Under the pieces are notes generated by a model that worked only from the letters and a program-made list of their open reading frames with translations, made no database searches and was not told where the DNA came from. Shown in pieces: positions 29,303-41,800 of a stretch of DNA of 58,397 nt. The DNA lies in IMG/VR virus record IMGVR_UViG_3300028569_002805, positions 1-58,397 of that record. One strand, given 5' to 3'. The first letter of the stretch is position 1, and every line of letters starts with the position of its first letter. The translations under genes and the position numbers were made by a program. This DNA is from a virus (lineage: Duplodnaviria; Caudoviricetes).

Positions 29303-30862
29303 TTACTCAAATGTGAAAGTAATATTGATCACATCTGGTCTGATGATCTCAAAGAACCTTGCATTTACTATATTGCCACCATTGTTGGGATTGTCAGTAG
29401 TAAAAGTAATATCAATATTTTTTATTTCCTTCAAATCTGACAATGTTTTTGTAATGTCAATTTCTCTAAGCTGTTCTCCAAATTCCCAATTGTTAATTGC
29501 AAAGAACTGATCAAGCCTTCTTTTTATCTTAATCCTAAATTCTTCTTCAAATTTTCTATACAACCTGTCCATAACGACATCAACACTTATATCTACGGCA
29601 ATGATCGCTCCATTTCTTATACAAACAAAATCAGTGATCATCTTTACATTTTCAAGATATTTTTCTAAAGAAACTTTTAGATCAGAACTTGCTTCCTGCA
29701 AACCATCTAATCCATTTCTAGCTAGAACATAAATATCAACAATATTACCAGAACATCCATGATTACGCAAAACAACAGTTGATTTTCCGATCAATCCTTG
29801 ATATGGAGTTGAAAACTGATCTGTCAGAGTTTTATAATCAAGACCAGTTACTGCCCTGTTTTGAGATCTTGTCCAAGCTGGCAATTTATTTCTAATGTCA
29901 TCAATAGTATCGCCATCATAGCCATACTCACCCTTTGTGTAATTTCTTAACACTACAGGAATTCCATAAGGAATTCCTGCAATACTGACAATTGCCTGCT
30001 TTTCAATTGTTCCGCTGACAATGTTTCCTATTGTTCCACCTCCCTGACGATAAACAATTTTAATTACACTTCCTGAACTAGGAACAAGACCAGCTATGTT
30101 GTTTCCAAAAATAACGAAAGCTGTCCAAGTTGAGTCATACTCAACACGATATTCTCTTCTAGGCTGAGAATCAGTAAAATATGGAACTTGATCCCACTTC
30201 ATACCATCAACATAAACCATTATTGAATCAAATATGACAGGATTATTGTTAAGAGTAATTGTTTGGCCAACAGTACCATTGCCAGAAGTATTAATTGTTC
30301 TCGTTTTGCCTTCAAGACCAATAACACTGGCATTCACAATATTACCAGCTGGAATTATTATATCTTGGTCAAAAATAGGATTGTTATCAGCGTCAGCAGG
30401 ATAAAGTTCAATTGTAATCGACTGACCACCAGCATTGACTGAAACATCAAAAGGAGCAGGAATTGGAACGTCTTGAAGAATAGGATTGTTCAGATTTGCT
30501 GTCCATAGTGATCTAGCAGCAATAGGAGGCTGTGGATCAAAACCAACCAATCTAGCAAGCCTAAACGCATTTTCTACTTCTGTCACAGTATCAATGAATA
30601 TTTCATTTGCTATCTGATCCATTTTGAAAGACAAAGTATCAGCTAAAAATGACCAGTTCTCAATCAACATGATTGCAATAGAAGATTCAACGAAATCTGC
30701 AAAATCTGTGCTGAATTTTTGCCTGACATATTCAATCAGACGAGTCTTCATGCTCCAAAAATCTTGGTTCGTATAATTCAAATTAAATATACTAGGCGTA
30801 GTAATCAGTTGCGACTGAGTATATGGCGTAATATCAAATGGACAGCTATTGTTTGTCGCCAT
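29303..30862 (-). CDS. Baseplate wedge protein (T4 gp6 / baseplate J-like)
   Basis: YTNQDF.S.K..L, DF.ESS, E.FIDT, FG....G..P, Y..GGG..GN and QNRAVT..DY. Confidence 0.9.
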   Translation of the reverse strand: MATNNSCPFDITPYTQSQLITTPSIFNLNYTNQDFWSMKTRLIEYVRQKFSTDFADFVESSIAIMLIENWSFLADTLSFKMDQIANEIFIDTVTEVENAFRLARLVGFDPQPPIAARSLWTANLNNPILQDVPIPAPFDVSVNAGGQSITIELYPADADNNPIFDQDIIIPAGNIVNASVIGLEGKTRTINTSGNGTVGQTITLNNNPVIFDSIMVYVDGMKWDQVPYFTDSQPRREYRVEYDSTWTAFVIFGNNIAGLVPSSGSVIKIVYRQGGGTIGNIVSGTIEKQAIVSIAGIPYGIPVVLRNYTKGEYGYDGDTIDDIRNKLPAWTRSQNRAVTGLDYKTLTDQFSTPYQGLIGKSTVVLRNHGCSGNIVDIYVLARNGLDGLQEASSDLKVSLEKYLENVKMITDFVCIRNGAIIAVDISVDVVMDRLYRKFEEEFRIKIKRRLDQFFAINNWEFGEQLREIDITKTLSDLKEIKNIDITFTTDNPNNGGNIVNARFFEIIRPDVINITFTFE

Positions 30863-30873
30863 CGAATCTCCTT

Positions 30874-31290
30874 TTATGCTAGCGGAATTTCTAAAACCAA
30901 CTGTTGTACTTCTTTAATGTTTTGCGGATCAACGAAAATAATTTTCACTGACAAAATATGCTCTGATTCTGTTGCGTCATCATCATTATTGAGTGAGGAT
31001 GAATCTATTTGTGAAGTTACTTCTATATTTTTAATTGCAATTCTTGGTTCCCACTTTGCAATTGCATTGGTTATGACAGATCTAGCTTGATTTTGCAAAG
31101 TCACATCATTTTGCTCAAACAATAGTTTTTTTAATGGCGTACCAAATTCTGGAATCATTACCCTTTCACCGGGATTAGTCAGCAAAAGACAAAGTAAATC
31201 AGATTTGATCTGATTTACCCCTGTCTGTGAATGCCAATAACCTCTAGGTGTTTTTCTCGTTGGATAAGGTAAACCTTCAAAATTTGTCAT
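30874..31290 (-). CDS. Baseplate wedge / sheath initiator (T4 gp25-like)
   Basis: LLLTNPGERVMIPEFG..L..LLFE and AI.KWEPRI. Confidence 0.93.
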   Translation of the reverse strand: MTNFEGLPYPTRKTPRGYWHSQTGVNQIKSDLLCLLLTNPGERVMIPEFGTPLKKLLFEQNDVTLQNQARSVITNAIAKWEPRIAIKNIEVTSQIDSSSLNNDDDATESEHILSVKIIFVDPQNIKEVQQLVLEIPLA

Positions 31291-31291
31291 A

Positions 31292-33421
31292 TTAACCTGC
31301 TGCTGGAGTTGTTGGTGGAGTATCCTTTGGAGGATCTTTGAAGAAAGGCTTCAATTGGAATATACTCAAAATTGACGCATCTGGTGAACAACTTGCAAAA
31401 ACACGATCACTTGCCCTAATTGCACCATCCTTCAAAACACAAATCGGAGCCAAACAAGCAGATTTCTCAGCTTGTTTCAATTTTTCTTCAGGAGTTCCTT
31501 CTGGAGGAGGACAGTCTCTACCAGCTAAAAGAAGTATCTTATCTTTAGCTATAAACAACTGACTTCTTTCTGTGACATTGATATAAGCATCTTTAGTATA
31601 TACTAAGTTATACTTGGTAACGTATTGAATTGAACTTGCAGGTTCTTCTTCTGTTCCGACAACTGTAAGGTGATTGTCAACAGTAATGCAAACATAATTT
31701 CCAGCAACTCTCAAGAAAACTAAACCGGGAGAATTGCCCGGAGCATCTTGGAAAAGCATTAAATTCGGGCCTTTTTTGTTTTGTTTGTTGGGAGTGTAAA
31801 TTTTAATGTTTTGAGTCTCAGATTTATCACCCTGATTGAAATCATCATTAAAACTCATCTCAAGACCATATCCAGTCCTTATCTTAACAAAAGCTTTTTT
31901 TGCCTTTGCAACAGGAACTCCGCCTTCTACACGACATGGTCCGCATTGTTCATTTCCCTCATCGCACATTTGAATAGTATGGTTGCTTGTGCTTTGAAGA
32001 ATGATTCCTCTTCTTTCACCACCTGTGTTTGGAGGACATTCGCTACATTTTGGCTTAGATTCTGTGTGATCATTTAATTCAATTCTATTACCACTGGCAG
32101 ATTTAATGCGAATGAAATTGTCTTCACCTCTTAAAGCATCATTTTCATCACCTGCTTTTCCTTCGACATCACTCATTTCTATCTGATGTCCAGTAGCTGA
32201 TTTCCAATAAGTTCTTCCAACATATTTATTATTACAACCAAAATCAAATTCTCTTTCCCATGTTGGAGAACCACTTGGCTCTTCAACAGAATCATCCATT
32301 ACAAATGTATGTCCTGAAATCGAATGAAATTGAATTCCACTCTGAGGAAGATCTACAGAATTATTCTGCGGAGTAGGTGATCCTCGATAAGGACGACATT
32401 CCTGCCTATGCTTGAAATAAGGATTAGCACCAACTTGAGAAGGATAAGAATATGTTGTGCCGGGAGCTCCTGTTCGAGGATGACCTCCAATAATTTTTTT
32501 ATTGCTTTTCTTTTCTTCACATGCGTTTTCTTCTTTTTTCTTTCCAAACCTTGGCGATAAACTTGCAGTATTAGTATTTGATGCATCGCCTTCATCACAG
32601 CTTACATCTCCATCCTGAACGATACCTCCACAATCTGCATTGGCCCACTGACCAGCATAATGCATATGATCATCTTTTAACATTATCCAGTTTCCACAAC
32701 TGGACATAATTTCAAATCTTTTCCATTTTCTATTACACCTTGGGTCGCCATCGACCATCTTAATCATGTGTTTTTCTGGAGTCTTGAAACCATATATGTT
32801 TGGATATGTGATTAACCTTTGAGCTTCTGGATTACTACTAAAGTCAACAGCTGAAGTTAAATCAAAACCATTATAATTTTCAGTGTTCCAAGGAGGGAAA
32901 ACTTGCGATCCATCATCGGGACCAACTAAATAACCTCTTCTCTTCCCTTCCCAAATTTTATAATATTCATCAATATTATAACCCCAAACATGTTTTCCAT
33001 CTGGTCCACGATTGCGATGCCATGTTGTCCCAATATAATATGGAGCACTTCTATTGCCACTCTCAAACATAATACAAACTGTTGAACCAGCAGGAGGAAC
33101 CCAAGTCATACCACAATCATCAAAACCACCCATATTACTCACTGCATTTGCCCAAGGCAATTGCTCAACTTTCATTGTGGGTTTTTGAAACAAAGGTGAA
33201 TAAAATCTGATTCTATTCTGTTTCCAAATGTCAACAGTATCAATACACAAAGCTGTATACATGCCATACTGCATTTGCGATTGATCAACAACTGTTCCAC
33301 CTGATGCTATTTCACCTCTAACAACCTCACGCATGTCATAGATCATACCTCCCATCTGGTTTTCGATGGTCGATATTCGTTTTTCAACGGCTTTAAGTTG
33401 ATTGCAAGTTACTAAACTCAT
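31292..33421 (-). CDS. Baseplate central spike (gp5/gpV/VgrG-like)
   Basis: OB-fold R.R...P....LPWA...PP.GSTV.I.FE.G...PYY.G; repeated (S)GH..EM.D beta-helix units. Confidence 0.8.
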   Translation of the reverse strand: MSLVTCNQLKAVEKRISTIENQMGGMIYDMREVVRGEIASGGTVVDQSQMQYGMYTALCIDTVDIWKQNRIRFYSPLFQKPTMKVEQLPWANAVSNMGGFDDCGMTWVPPAGSTVCIMFESGNRSAPYYIGTTWHRNRGPDGKHVWGYNIDEYYKIWEGKRRGYLVGPDDGSQVFPPWNTENYNGFDLTSAVDFSSNPEAQRLITYPNIYGFKTPEKHMIKMVDGDPRCNRKWKRFEIMSSCGNWIMLKDDHMHYAGQWANADCGGIVQDGDVSCDEGDASNTNTASLSPRFGKKKEENACEEKKSNKKIIGGHPRTGAPGTTYSYPSQVGANPYFKHRQECRPYRGSPTPQNNSVDLPQSGIQFHSISGHTFVMDDSVEEPSGSPTWEREFDFGCNNKYVGRTYWKSATGHQIEMSDVEGKAGDENDALRGEDNFIRIKSASGNRIELNDHTESKPKCSECPPNTGGERRGIILQSTSNHTIQMCDEGNEQCGPCRVEGGVPVAKAKKAFVKIRTGYGLEMSFNDDFNQGDKSETQNIKIYTPNKQNKKGPNLMLFQDAPGNSPGLVFLRVAGNYVCITVDNHLTVVGTEEEPASSIQYVTKYNLVYTKDAYINVTERSQLFIAKDKILLLAGRDCPPPEGTPEEKLKQAEKSACLAPICVLKDGAIRASDRVFASCSPDASILSIFQLKPFFKDPPKDTPPTTPAAG

Positions 33422-33431
33422 TTTTTAACCT

Positions 33432-34985
33432 TTATACTGTGGTTGCGGCTGGAGCATCTGAAAACTTCTGTTCAAGACTACCACAACCGTTGCCTCCAAG
33501 AGTTGAATCGAAATCCATATCTGTGTTTGGCAATGCTAGCAGTAGTTTTAATGTAGTTGTATAACTTCCAATTGAAATATTATGATTTATATTTTTAATC
33601 ATATATCTTTTATTACTCAACATTGTGTTGCAATTTGAAGTTTGAAGCCAAGTAGGACCTTCAGGATCACCAAAGTAGTAAGGATTTATAAATAAAATCG
33701 ATACAGACCTTCCAACCAGAGCTAATGCGTCTCCATAAAAGGGATTGCCCTGTATTTTCAAACTGGCCTCCCAACCACCTTTGCCTCCAGAACCGGGACC
33801 ACTTCTTTGTTCGGTTGTAGTGGCACACCGAAAAGCGTCGAAAGCCTTCTCAGCATGATCATCTGGTGAGCGGAAATTAATGACATGTTGATCAATAAAA
33901 GGACTCGATTGAGTACCAGTTATTTGAATATTGTCTTGAGGTTTCAAAATAGGATTTCCACCACCAGATGCACCACCACTCGTACCGCCCTTGCCGGGAA
34001 TCATATTGGGAAGCCATTCAACAGATGGACTAAACTCTATGACTGGAGAACAATTTCCTCCATTTATAACATATGTCGCAACACTTCCCCTACAACAATC
34101 AGAATTCTTATCGAAAGGATCTTCTTTGATTATTACTGCGTTTGCTTCTGGATCATATAAAATAAGAACTCCACGACCTTCTTTAGAAGTAACTGTTGTA
34201 AGCCACTGCCTTGTGACAGCAAGAGCATTCATTTGGTCCATTGGCCATGATGATTTTGGACCATTTTTCCCTTGGTCAGAGTTCTTGAACTCTAATTCTC
34301 CTCCATCATCAACCTCATTGCCTTGATCATCAATAGTCCCTGCACTTTTGAATTTCACATCAGAAATTCCGACTTCTTCACTTGTGAGAAGCTGCCTAAT
34401 CGCTTCTTTTAGATCAACAGGTTGGTCAGTGCTACCAATTGTTCCTGTCTGAGAAATATCTCCTGTAGTAGGTGCGCTTAATGTTAATTTTATCTTTATG
34501 TTTCCACCAGCAAAACTAGTTTCTGCTTTCATGAACATTCCACGAAGAAATTTTCCTGTTGTTGTTTTAAGAGTATGAGGAGTTGGTATGCCGTTTCCTC
34601 CATTTTCCATAGGATTTGTAATAATCCATCCAAAATCTATTTCAACAGTATGAAATTCTTTTTTTCTTGTTTTAACGGTTTTATTCAAATTTCGGATAAT
34701 ATCTTTATACATGGCACCGCCATGATCAATAATTTCCATGCTAATTCCAAATCCCGGTCCTCCAACCTCGCCTCCATATTCAAATGATGTTATTGCAGCT
34801 AGATTACCAGTTGGTGCCGAATTATTGCCTACAGTCAAAACAATTTTTGTTTCCTTTTGAAGAGAACCAAAGCCCATTTCTACATAAGGAGCATATATTG
34901 CTCCTTCAATTGGAGTTGATGGAGTAGAACATGCAAACTTTTTTATGCATTCTTCATTAACATTACATGCTTTAGGTACTGCCAT
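33432..34985 (-). CDS. Putative baseplate hub (gp27/gpD-like)
   Basis: Lies between gp53 and the spike; C-terminal ASLKIQGNP...Y.I..I.H.I..G.YTTTL.L. Confidence 0.65.
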   Translation of the reverse strand: MAVPKACNVNEECIKKFACSTPSTPIEGAIYAPYVEMGFGSLQKETKIVLTVGNNSAPTGNLAAITSFEYGGEVGGPGFGISMEIIDHGGAMYKDIIRNLNKTVKTRKKEFHTVEIDFGWIITNPMENGGNGIPTPHTLKTTTGKFLRGMFMKAETSFAGGNIKIKLTLSAPTTGDISQTGTIGSTDQPVDLKEAIRQLLTSEEVGISDVKFKSAGTIDDQGNEVDDGGELEFKNSDQGKNGPKSSWPMDQMNALAVTRQWLTTVTSKEGRGVLILYDPEANAVIIKEDPFDKNSDCCRGSVATYVINGGNCSPVIEFSPSVEWLPNMIPGKGGTSGGASGGGNPILKPQDNIQITGTQSSPFIDQHVINFRSPDDHAEKAFDAFRCATTTEQRSGPGSGGKGGWEASLKIQGNPFYGDALALVGRSVSILFINPYYFGDPEGPTWLQTSNCNTMLSNKRYMIKNINHNISIGSYTTTLKLLLALPNTDMDFDSTLGGNGCGSLEQKFSDAPAATTV

Positions 34986-34987
34986 AA

Positions 34988-35314
34988 TTATCCCATAATT
35001 GAATCAGGTAAACGAATATTCAAACCAGACTTGAATTCAAAAATATCCTTTATATTATTTGCTTCCATAATCTTCCACCAGTAATCAACTGTTCCATAAG
35101 CTGACAATGATACTAAATCTGGCCTATATTCTCTTCCCGGTGGCACAACATAATATTTATCCCTACTTGTTCTAGGTATTACTGTTTTTTTATATGTCGG
35201 AAATGTTAAAAGTTTGTTTTCAGTATAATAAATCACTGGAGACTCAACATAACGACTTGATACTGGAACAAATCTTCTAGGACTTATATTTGTTGTTTCG
35301 ATATAATTAGCCAT
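34988..35314 (-). CDS. Baseplate wedge protein (T4 gp53 / LysM-like)
   Basis: SRY, RPDLVS..AYG....WW.I..AN.I.D......G..I..P. Confidence 0.85.
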   Translation of the reverse strand: MANYIETTNISPRRFVPVSSRYVESPVIYYTENKLLTFPTYKKTVIPRTSRDKYYVVPPGREYRPDLVSLSAYGTVDYWWKIMEANNIKDIFEFKSGLNIRLPDSIMG

Positions 35315-35322
35315 AAATTTCC

Positions 35323-35880
35323 TTAAATATCAGTGTCTGAAAAAATTAACTTTGATCCGGGCAAATTCGACTGATTGAAAATTATATCAAATGTCATGTC
35401 GATATCAAACTTATAAGGTAAAAATGTCTCTTCATCCCATGGGACAGAAGTATCAAATTTAATTGAATAATTTTTCATTATGGCATTCAATGGACCAGAA
35501 TGTGACAATAACTTGCCACATTGTATTTGACAAACTGGTGGTGGAGCATAAGGAGCTCCACCAGTAGTACCATCTCTATTGTCAAAAGGATAAACAGCTG
35601 ATTGAATAGCCCTTATATAACTAAAAAATAATTTTATATCTGATTTTTTAGTAACGATATAGTGAGCAGTCCAACTAATTGCTCTATTATCAGAATTGCT
35701 ATAAGTCTTGAATGGTGTGCTTCGACCAATTCCCGACTCATCAGTATAAGTAGCAGACTTACCATCAGAAATATCAGGTAAACTTTGCATCAATATGTCA
35801 GTTCCACCATCTGGAGTATTGATGCGAACATAACAGTTCGGAATATTAACTAATTGACCATCTGCAAGAGTAGCTTTCAT
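35323..35880 (-). CDS. Tail tube initiator / baseplate-tube junction (gp48/gp54-like)
   Basis: IGRS.P...YS.S..R.IS, PPP.C....G, W......P; lies directly after the tape measure. Confidence 0.7.
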   Translation of the reverse strand: MKATLADGQLVNIPNCYVRINTPDGGTDILMQSLPDISDGKSATYTDESGIGRSTPFKTYSNSDNRAISWTAHYIVTKKSDIKLFFSYIRAIQSAVYPFDNRDGTTGGAPYAPPPVCQIQCGKLLSHSGPLNAIMKNYSIKFDTSVPWDEETFLPYKFDIDMTFDIIFNQSNLPGSKLIFSDTDI

Positions 35881-35896
35881 TTATCTTTACCTTTCA

Positions 35897-38800
35897 TTAT
35901 GGTCCCGGAGGTCCCATATTCAGAGCTTGTTTGCCCGGTCCACGACTAACCTGACCAGTGGTTGATTTGAAGAATTTAGGAGGATTTTTACCCCTAACCC
36001 TATTGAGTCCAGTACAAGCTTCTTCTCCTCCTCCACTTGAATTTGCAGAACCAGCTTTCATCATTGTCATAAACTGCTTGAACATTTCAACTAGTTCTTC
36101 TGTTAATTGAGTTTGTTTCTCAGAGGATTCAGATATATCACTCAATTCTTTTGAAGAAACTATACTTGAAGCAGGTTTGTCTCCAGCTTTCTTAGCAGCT
36201 ACTCTTGAACCTAAATTATCTGCTAATGACATTGGCGGTATAGATGAAGTGTTAACTTCGACTTCAGGCTTAACAGTACTAGATATGCTGCCTCCAGCTG
36301 CACTAACTCCCTTTTGTGACACTTGGGCCAATGCTGCTAGTTTGTCAATTGGAAGGGCATTTATCGTGTTGAAATCTAATCCAAGTCCTCCAATACTATC
36401 CATGGTATCACTGACGCTTATCATGGCATCTTTGACCTTGTCCAAAATAGTAATTAAACCATTAAGCTGATCAACAACCATATCAAGTTCTGACTTTTTA
36501 GGCATAAATTTCAAAATAGGTTGAATCAATCCATAATTCAAACTGTTAGCCATGTTCATGAATGATTTCTGGAAGTAAGTCTGATCCCATCTTCCAAAAA
36601 TAGCACTGAAAACTCCAGTTATAATTCCAAAATCATTGAATGTCGCACCCATTCTCTTCATTGAATCAGAAGCAGCATCAACAACGTCTGCTAAACCATT
36701 AATGGTCCCTACTACCCTATCAAGTCCTTCTTTATCTGGCATTTTTGATATAGGTTCAATAATTCCATAATTCAAAGTGTTTGCTATTCCTCCAAAAATA
36801 CTAGAAAAAATCATAGCTCCAAATCCAATACCTGTGAATTCCAACCACATCACAGTTGGCAACAACTCTTGAAGTGCTGTTCCTAAATTAATAAGGAATC
36901 CCGGAACCATTCTTATTACTTTAACAAGATTTTCTAGTCTAACTGAAGCTTCTTCTACTTCATCTGAACTTGGGAAGAAAACTAGAATAGGATCAACAAT
37001 TCCTTCAGTTATAAATTCGGCTACGCTATAAAACCATATTGAGAATATTGGTGCCATTTTTGAAATAATAGCAATTGGAGCTTTACTGAAAGATTTTTTT
37101 GGACTAAAACCTTCAAACAATGAAGCCAAATTTGTTATTACAGATTTTAGATTCGTAAGTAATTGATTGTTTGCAATTAAAATCTTCGCTGCTTCTTGAA
37201 CATTCTTTGCATCAGGCATGTTTTCTAGGATTGGATCAACTATACCTTCTTTCATGAATTTAGTAGTTGACAAAAAGAAATCTCTAAATTTTTGCTTATT
37301 TGCCTCAATTCTATTGGCAGGAATACTCTTCAAGTCTTTGTCGGGACAATCAACCAATGGAATAAGACCATTAGCAAAGTTTTTTATCACTTGAGGAATT
37401 ATTATGACAAGAGCATTCATGGCTGACATGATTCTCCACGCTATCTGAATATTCTTTGGATCAGGTATTTCTTCTATGATTGGGTCAATTATCCCTTCTT
37501 TCATAAATTGAGCTGTCTCTCTGAAGAAACCACGGAACTTATCTTTTGAAGCCATGATCCTATCAAGAGGGAATTCGGTATCAATAGTACCGCCTCCTTC
37601 TTGACTCATCATGCCAAGAGCACCAGCCAGATTTTTAATCATTGGTGTAATACTTGCAGCAATCTGAGCCATCGAAACAATTATTTTAGTAGCAGCACCA
37701 ATATTAATTCCATCCATGACTTCCAAAGTTGGAATAACTATACCATCACGAACAAATAATCCAATTTCAAAAAACCATTTTGAAAATAGTTCTTTACCTT
37801 CAATAATTTTCTGCATTGGAGCTTTATCAAACCATGTCTTACCGTCTGTGGCTAAAGCAATAGCTGTAGCAAGATTTTTAATCATTGGAACAATTGATGT
37901 TGCAATGGTAGCCATAGAAGATATAATCTTAGTTGCAGAAAGAAGTTCTGTAGTATCATCGAAAATTGTAATTACTGGTTCTACTATTCCGTTTTTGACG
38001 AATAATCCAATTGAAAAGAACCAACTAGAGAAAAGGTACATGTTTTCAACAATTTTTTGCATTGGTGATTTTCTATCGAAAAGTGAAACTGGGTCCATTA
38101 ATTTCATGACTTCAGAAAGAGATTTAATTGTTATTGCTGTTTCAGAACAAACTTTGGAAACAGAAGTCATGATAGCTGATGCACTCTTCAACGTGGAACC
38201 ATCAGGAATAACATCCATAATAGGACCGACAATTCCATCAGTGATGAATTCTGCAATACTATAAAAATAATATCCGAATAAGTCTTTATATAACATGATC
38301 TTAGCAATTGGACTAGATTTGAAAAGACTTCCATCCATCATGCCTACAGTTTCAGCAAGAGATTTAATTGCCGTGCTGGTTTCTGACATAAGAACAGATA
38401 TAGCAGCCATGGCCTTAGCAGCTTTTTTCAATTCTTCTACATTTTCCATTTTTGCTATTGGACCAACAATTCCGCTTCCAATTAAATCTGCAATTGATTT
38501 TATGAATTTTTCTAATTCAGGTTTAGCCTCAGTAATCTTGTCTACTACTGATTTTCCACTCCACCATCCCTTTTCAACAAATGGGGCAATATTTGTTCCA
38601 AGAGAATTAATTGCCTTAGATACTTCATCAATAATAACGCCAATTAAAACCAATGTTTTTGCAGTTGATTTAAGTTTTCCTGTTCCCTCAAATTTAGACT
38701 GAACTTCAGTTACAATTGATTTTATCAAATCAAACATTGCTGGGAAAAATGTTGCTAATTTATTTTTTGCTTCCATCAATATATCAACAGGAGATTTTGT

Positions 38801-41800
38801 AAACCATCCGGCTGTTGTCATTGGGACAATCTTGGAATTCAAGTCGCTCATAATATCTGATACTTTTGCGATTATTTCAGATGTAGCATTTATTGTCTTT
38901 GTGGCAGTTTTAGCAACAGATGGAGTTACAACAATTGACAAAGCATTAGTAAAACCTACAATTGACATTATAAAATCAAATATTGGATATTTCATTTCGT
39001 TGAAAGCCTTTACTCCCATACGAAGAGCAGGCAAAGTAAAAAGGAAAAGTTTGAAAACTCCTTCGCCCATTCCTATACTAACAATTTTATCTCTAATTTT
39101 CTGGAATTCATCAGATATTTCCGATATAGCACGAAGCATAGTTGTAACTCCTTCTGATAAAGATTTTACTTTATCAGGAGGAATTATCATCGCTAATACT
39201 GTAGCAAAGAAAACAATAGCATTGGCATAATCAAAAACAGGCTTTGCCATCATATAAAGTGCTGTAGCAGCAAGACTCATAATAGGAGCAATAATCCACA
39301 TTAAAGGAACTGTTGTTCCCAAATTCATAAGTTTTGGAATCATTCCCATCATGGAATCTGAAATATGAGCGGCTCCACTTAGAATTGATGTCACAGCTTT
39401 TTCAGCTTCTTCTGCATCTTTTGGTGTCATTATGGAATTAAGCAAAACTGCAACATATTTTGCAGCAAAAGCAAAAAAAGCAAGTGGTTGGGAAAGGACG
39501 ATAAGTGCTACACCAGCACCGCTCATTGACAAAGCAATTAAAGGTGAAAAAGTTCCTATCATTGACATATACATCATTGTCGGAATCATTCCCACTATTG
39601 CCAAGCCTATCTTTGCCGCTCCATTCAGAATTGTCGTAACAGCATTAACGGCTTCTTCTACTTGTGCTGGAGGTAAAGCTCCTGACAAGTTTTTTGCTAC
39701 AATGGCAGTAGCTTGTGCGAATTCAACCATTGGTATAGCTAAAATGCGAAGTCCAGCCGCAGCAGGCAACATGGCAATTGCAATAAATGGAGAAATAAGT
39801 CCAATTGCTCCTAAGTTAACGCCAATTGCAGCAAATCCAATTAGCATAGTTGCTATTATCAAAGCAGCACCAAGAATTGACGCTATAGAACTGACACATT
39901 CGTTGACTTTATTTAATGGCATTGCTCCTGACAAATTTTTAGCTATTATCACAGCGGCTTGTACAAATTCAACCATTGGTGTAGCTAAAATGCGAAGTCC
40001 AGCCGCAGCAGGCAACATGGCAATTGCAATAAATGGAGAAATAAGTCCAATTGCTCCTAAGAAAACAGAAACAGTTGCCATAGCGACAACAGCTGCGCCA
40101 ATAAGTGCCGCAGCACCAAGAATACTTGCAATAGCCAAAGCAGTTTCACCAGCTTGTTTTGGTGTTACAATAAATTTCGATACTAATATTCCCATCCATA
40201 TTATAGCAGATGCAAGAAGAAGCATTGCAGGTGTGAAAATCAATAAAGCTGATGCTCCTATATCCATTAAGGCTGGCAATCCAGTTCCGAAAATAATAGC
40301 TGTTATTAATCCAAGTGCTGCAAGACCAATCATCGCAACGCTCAAAGCAGCCGATATCAATGCAACTCCAGCAAATAATGCGTATATGATTAATGTTGTT
40401 TTAGCAATTGAAGCTAAATTTAATCCTGTAATAGAAAAAAGCATCTTGGAAAGAAAAACTATTGCAGTTCCAAGAAGAAGCATTCTTGGACCTATGATTA
40501 ATAAAGCTAAATATCCAATTTCCATAAGTCCAATCAAAGGACTTCCAAGAATAACAGCTGTTATAAATCCAAGTGCTGTCAAACCAACCATGGCAGCACC
40601 CAAAGCTACGGAAATCAAACCAACTGCTACAAATATAGCAGAAATTGCCATTCCAATTTTCATTGCTGTGCTTGCATCAATCCCAGCTGCTCCAAGAACT
40701 ATTTTCCCAAAAAACATAAGTGCTGTGCCAAGCAAAAGAATTGGTGGGCCAAGTTTAAGCAAAACTTCAGCGCCAATTAACATCAAAACAGCTGGAGGAA
40801 GAGGAACTGGACCGGGGGCTGGAGTTAAAAGCCACTCAGTTAAGTACCCAAGAGCGGCCAATCCAGCAAGAGATCCAATTAGGGCAAGTGCGATTAATCC
40901 AACAGAAAGCATAATTGCAGCTATTGTTGCTCCAACTTTAAGAGCAGTAGATGCATTAATCCCCGTTGCTGCCAATATATATTGAGAAAACATTATGATA
41001 GCAGCGCCAATCAATACAATTGCCGGTGCCAACAAGAGAAGTGCAATTGATGCTTTCGCAATTAAGACAATAAATTTTGCAGGGTTTCTTTTCAAATTCT
41101 GCCACATTTTATTTCCTTCAAGTTCTTCTAAGAACTCAATAAAATGTGCTGTTGCAACTGCTATTGCTCCGACAACGCCTGCTATTGCGCCAATTGTCAT
41201 GCCAATTTCCATTGCTTTTGAAGCATCAATTTTCATTATTGACAAAATCTTATTCACAACAAATATGATTGCTGCTCCCAATAAAACAAGAATCAATGAC
41301 ATTGGAACTATTGTCATTGCTGCTTGAAGCATACTTGCTCCTCCTCCTTTCATTTTATCAATGCTTTCTTTGTTTTCATCAATGGCTTTATGTGCCGCTG
41401 CTCCAGCCATAATAAGAGCAAGAGTTGCTCCGACAATTGCTGCAATCGTACTGGCAACCTCAACTACTTTCCCAAGATCAAGTCCTAAAGCACTTAAAAC
41501 CTTAGAACCAACAAAGAATAAAACAACAGCAATAGCCATTGCTCCTGCAACCATCAATGCTATTGCAGCAGCAGTTTTCATCATTGCTTGACCACCTTCC
41601 ATTAATGAGGCTGGATCAAGAACTGATGCTTCTGGTGGACCCTTAGATGCAGCTATTACTGAGTCTTCTTTCTTATTTATTTCTTTTTGAGCTCCAACAA
41701 GTGCGTTTTGCTCCTTAGTTATTTTGGTATTATTTTTAAGATTCAAATTTTCTTGCTTGCCTCTTTTTGTGTCATCTATAACATTTTTTGTTTGTTGTTT

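Noticed and set aside
39720-40061. Repeat pair as a diversity-generating retroelement TR/VR
   Set aside because: Both copies are in frame inside the tape measure, differ at only one base, and no reverse transcriptase is present in the window.
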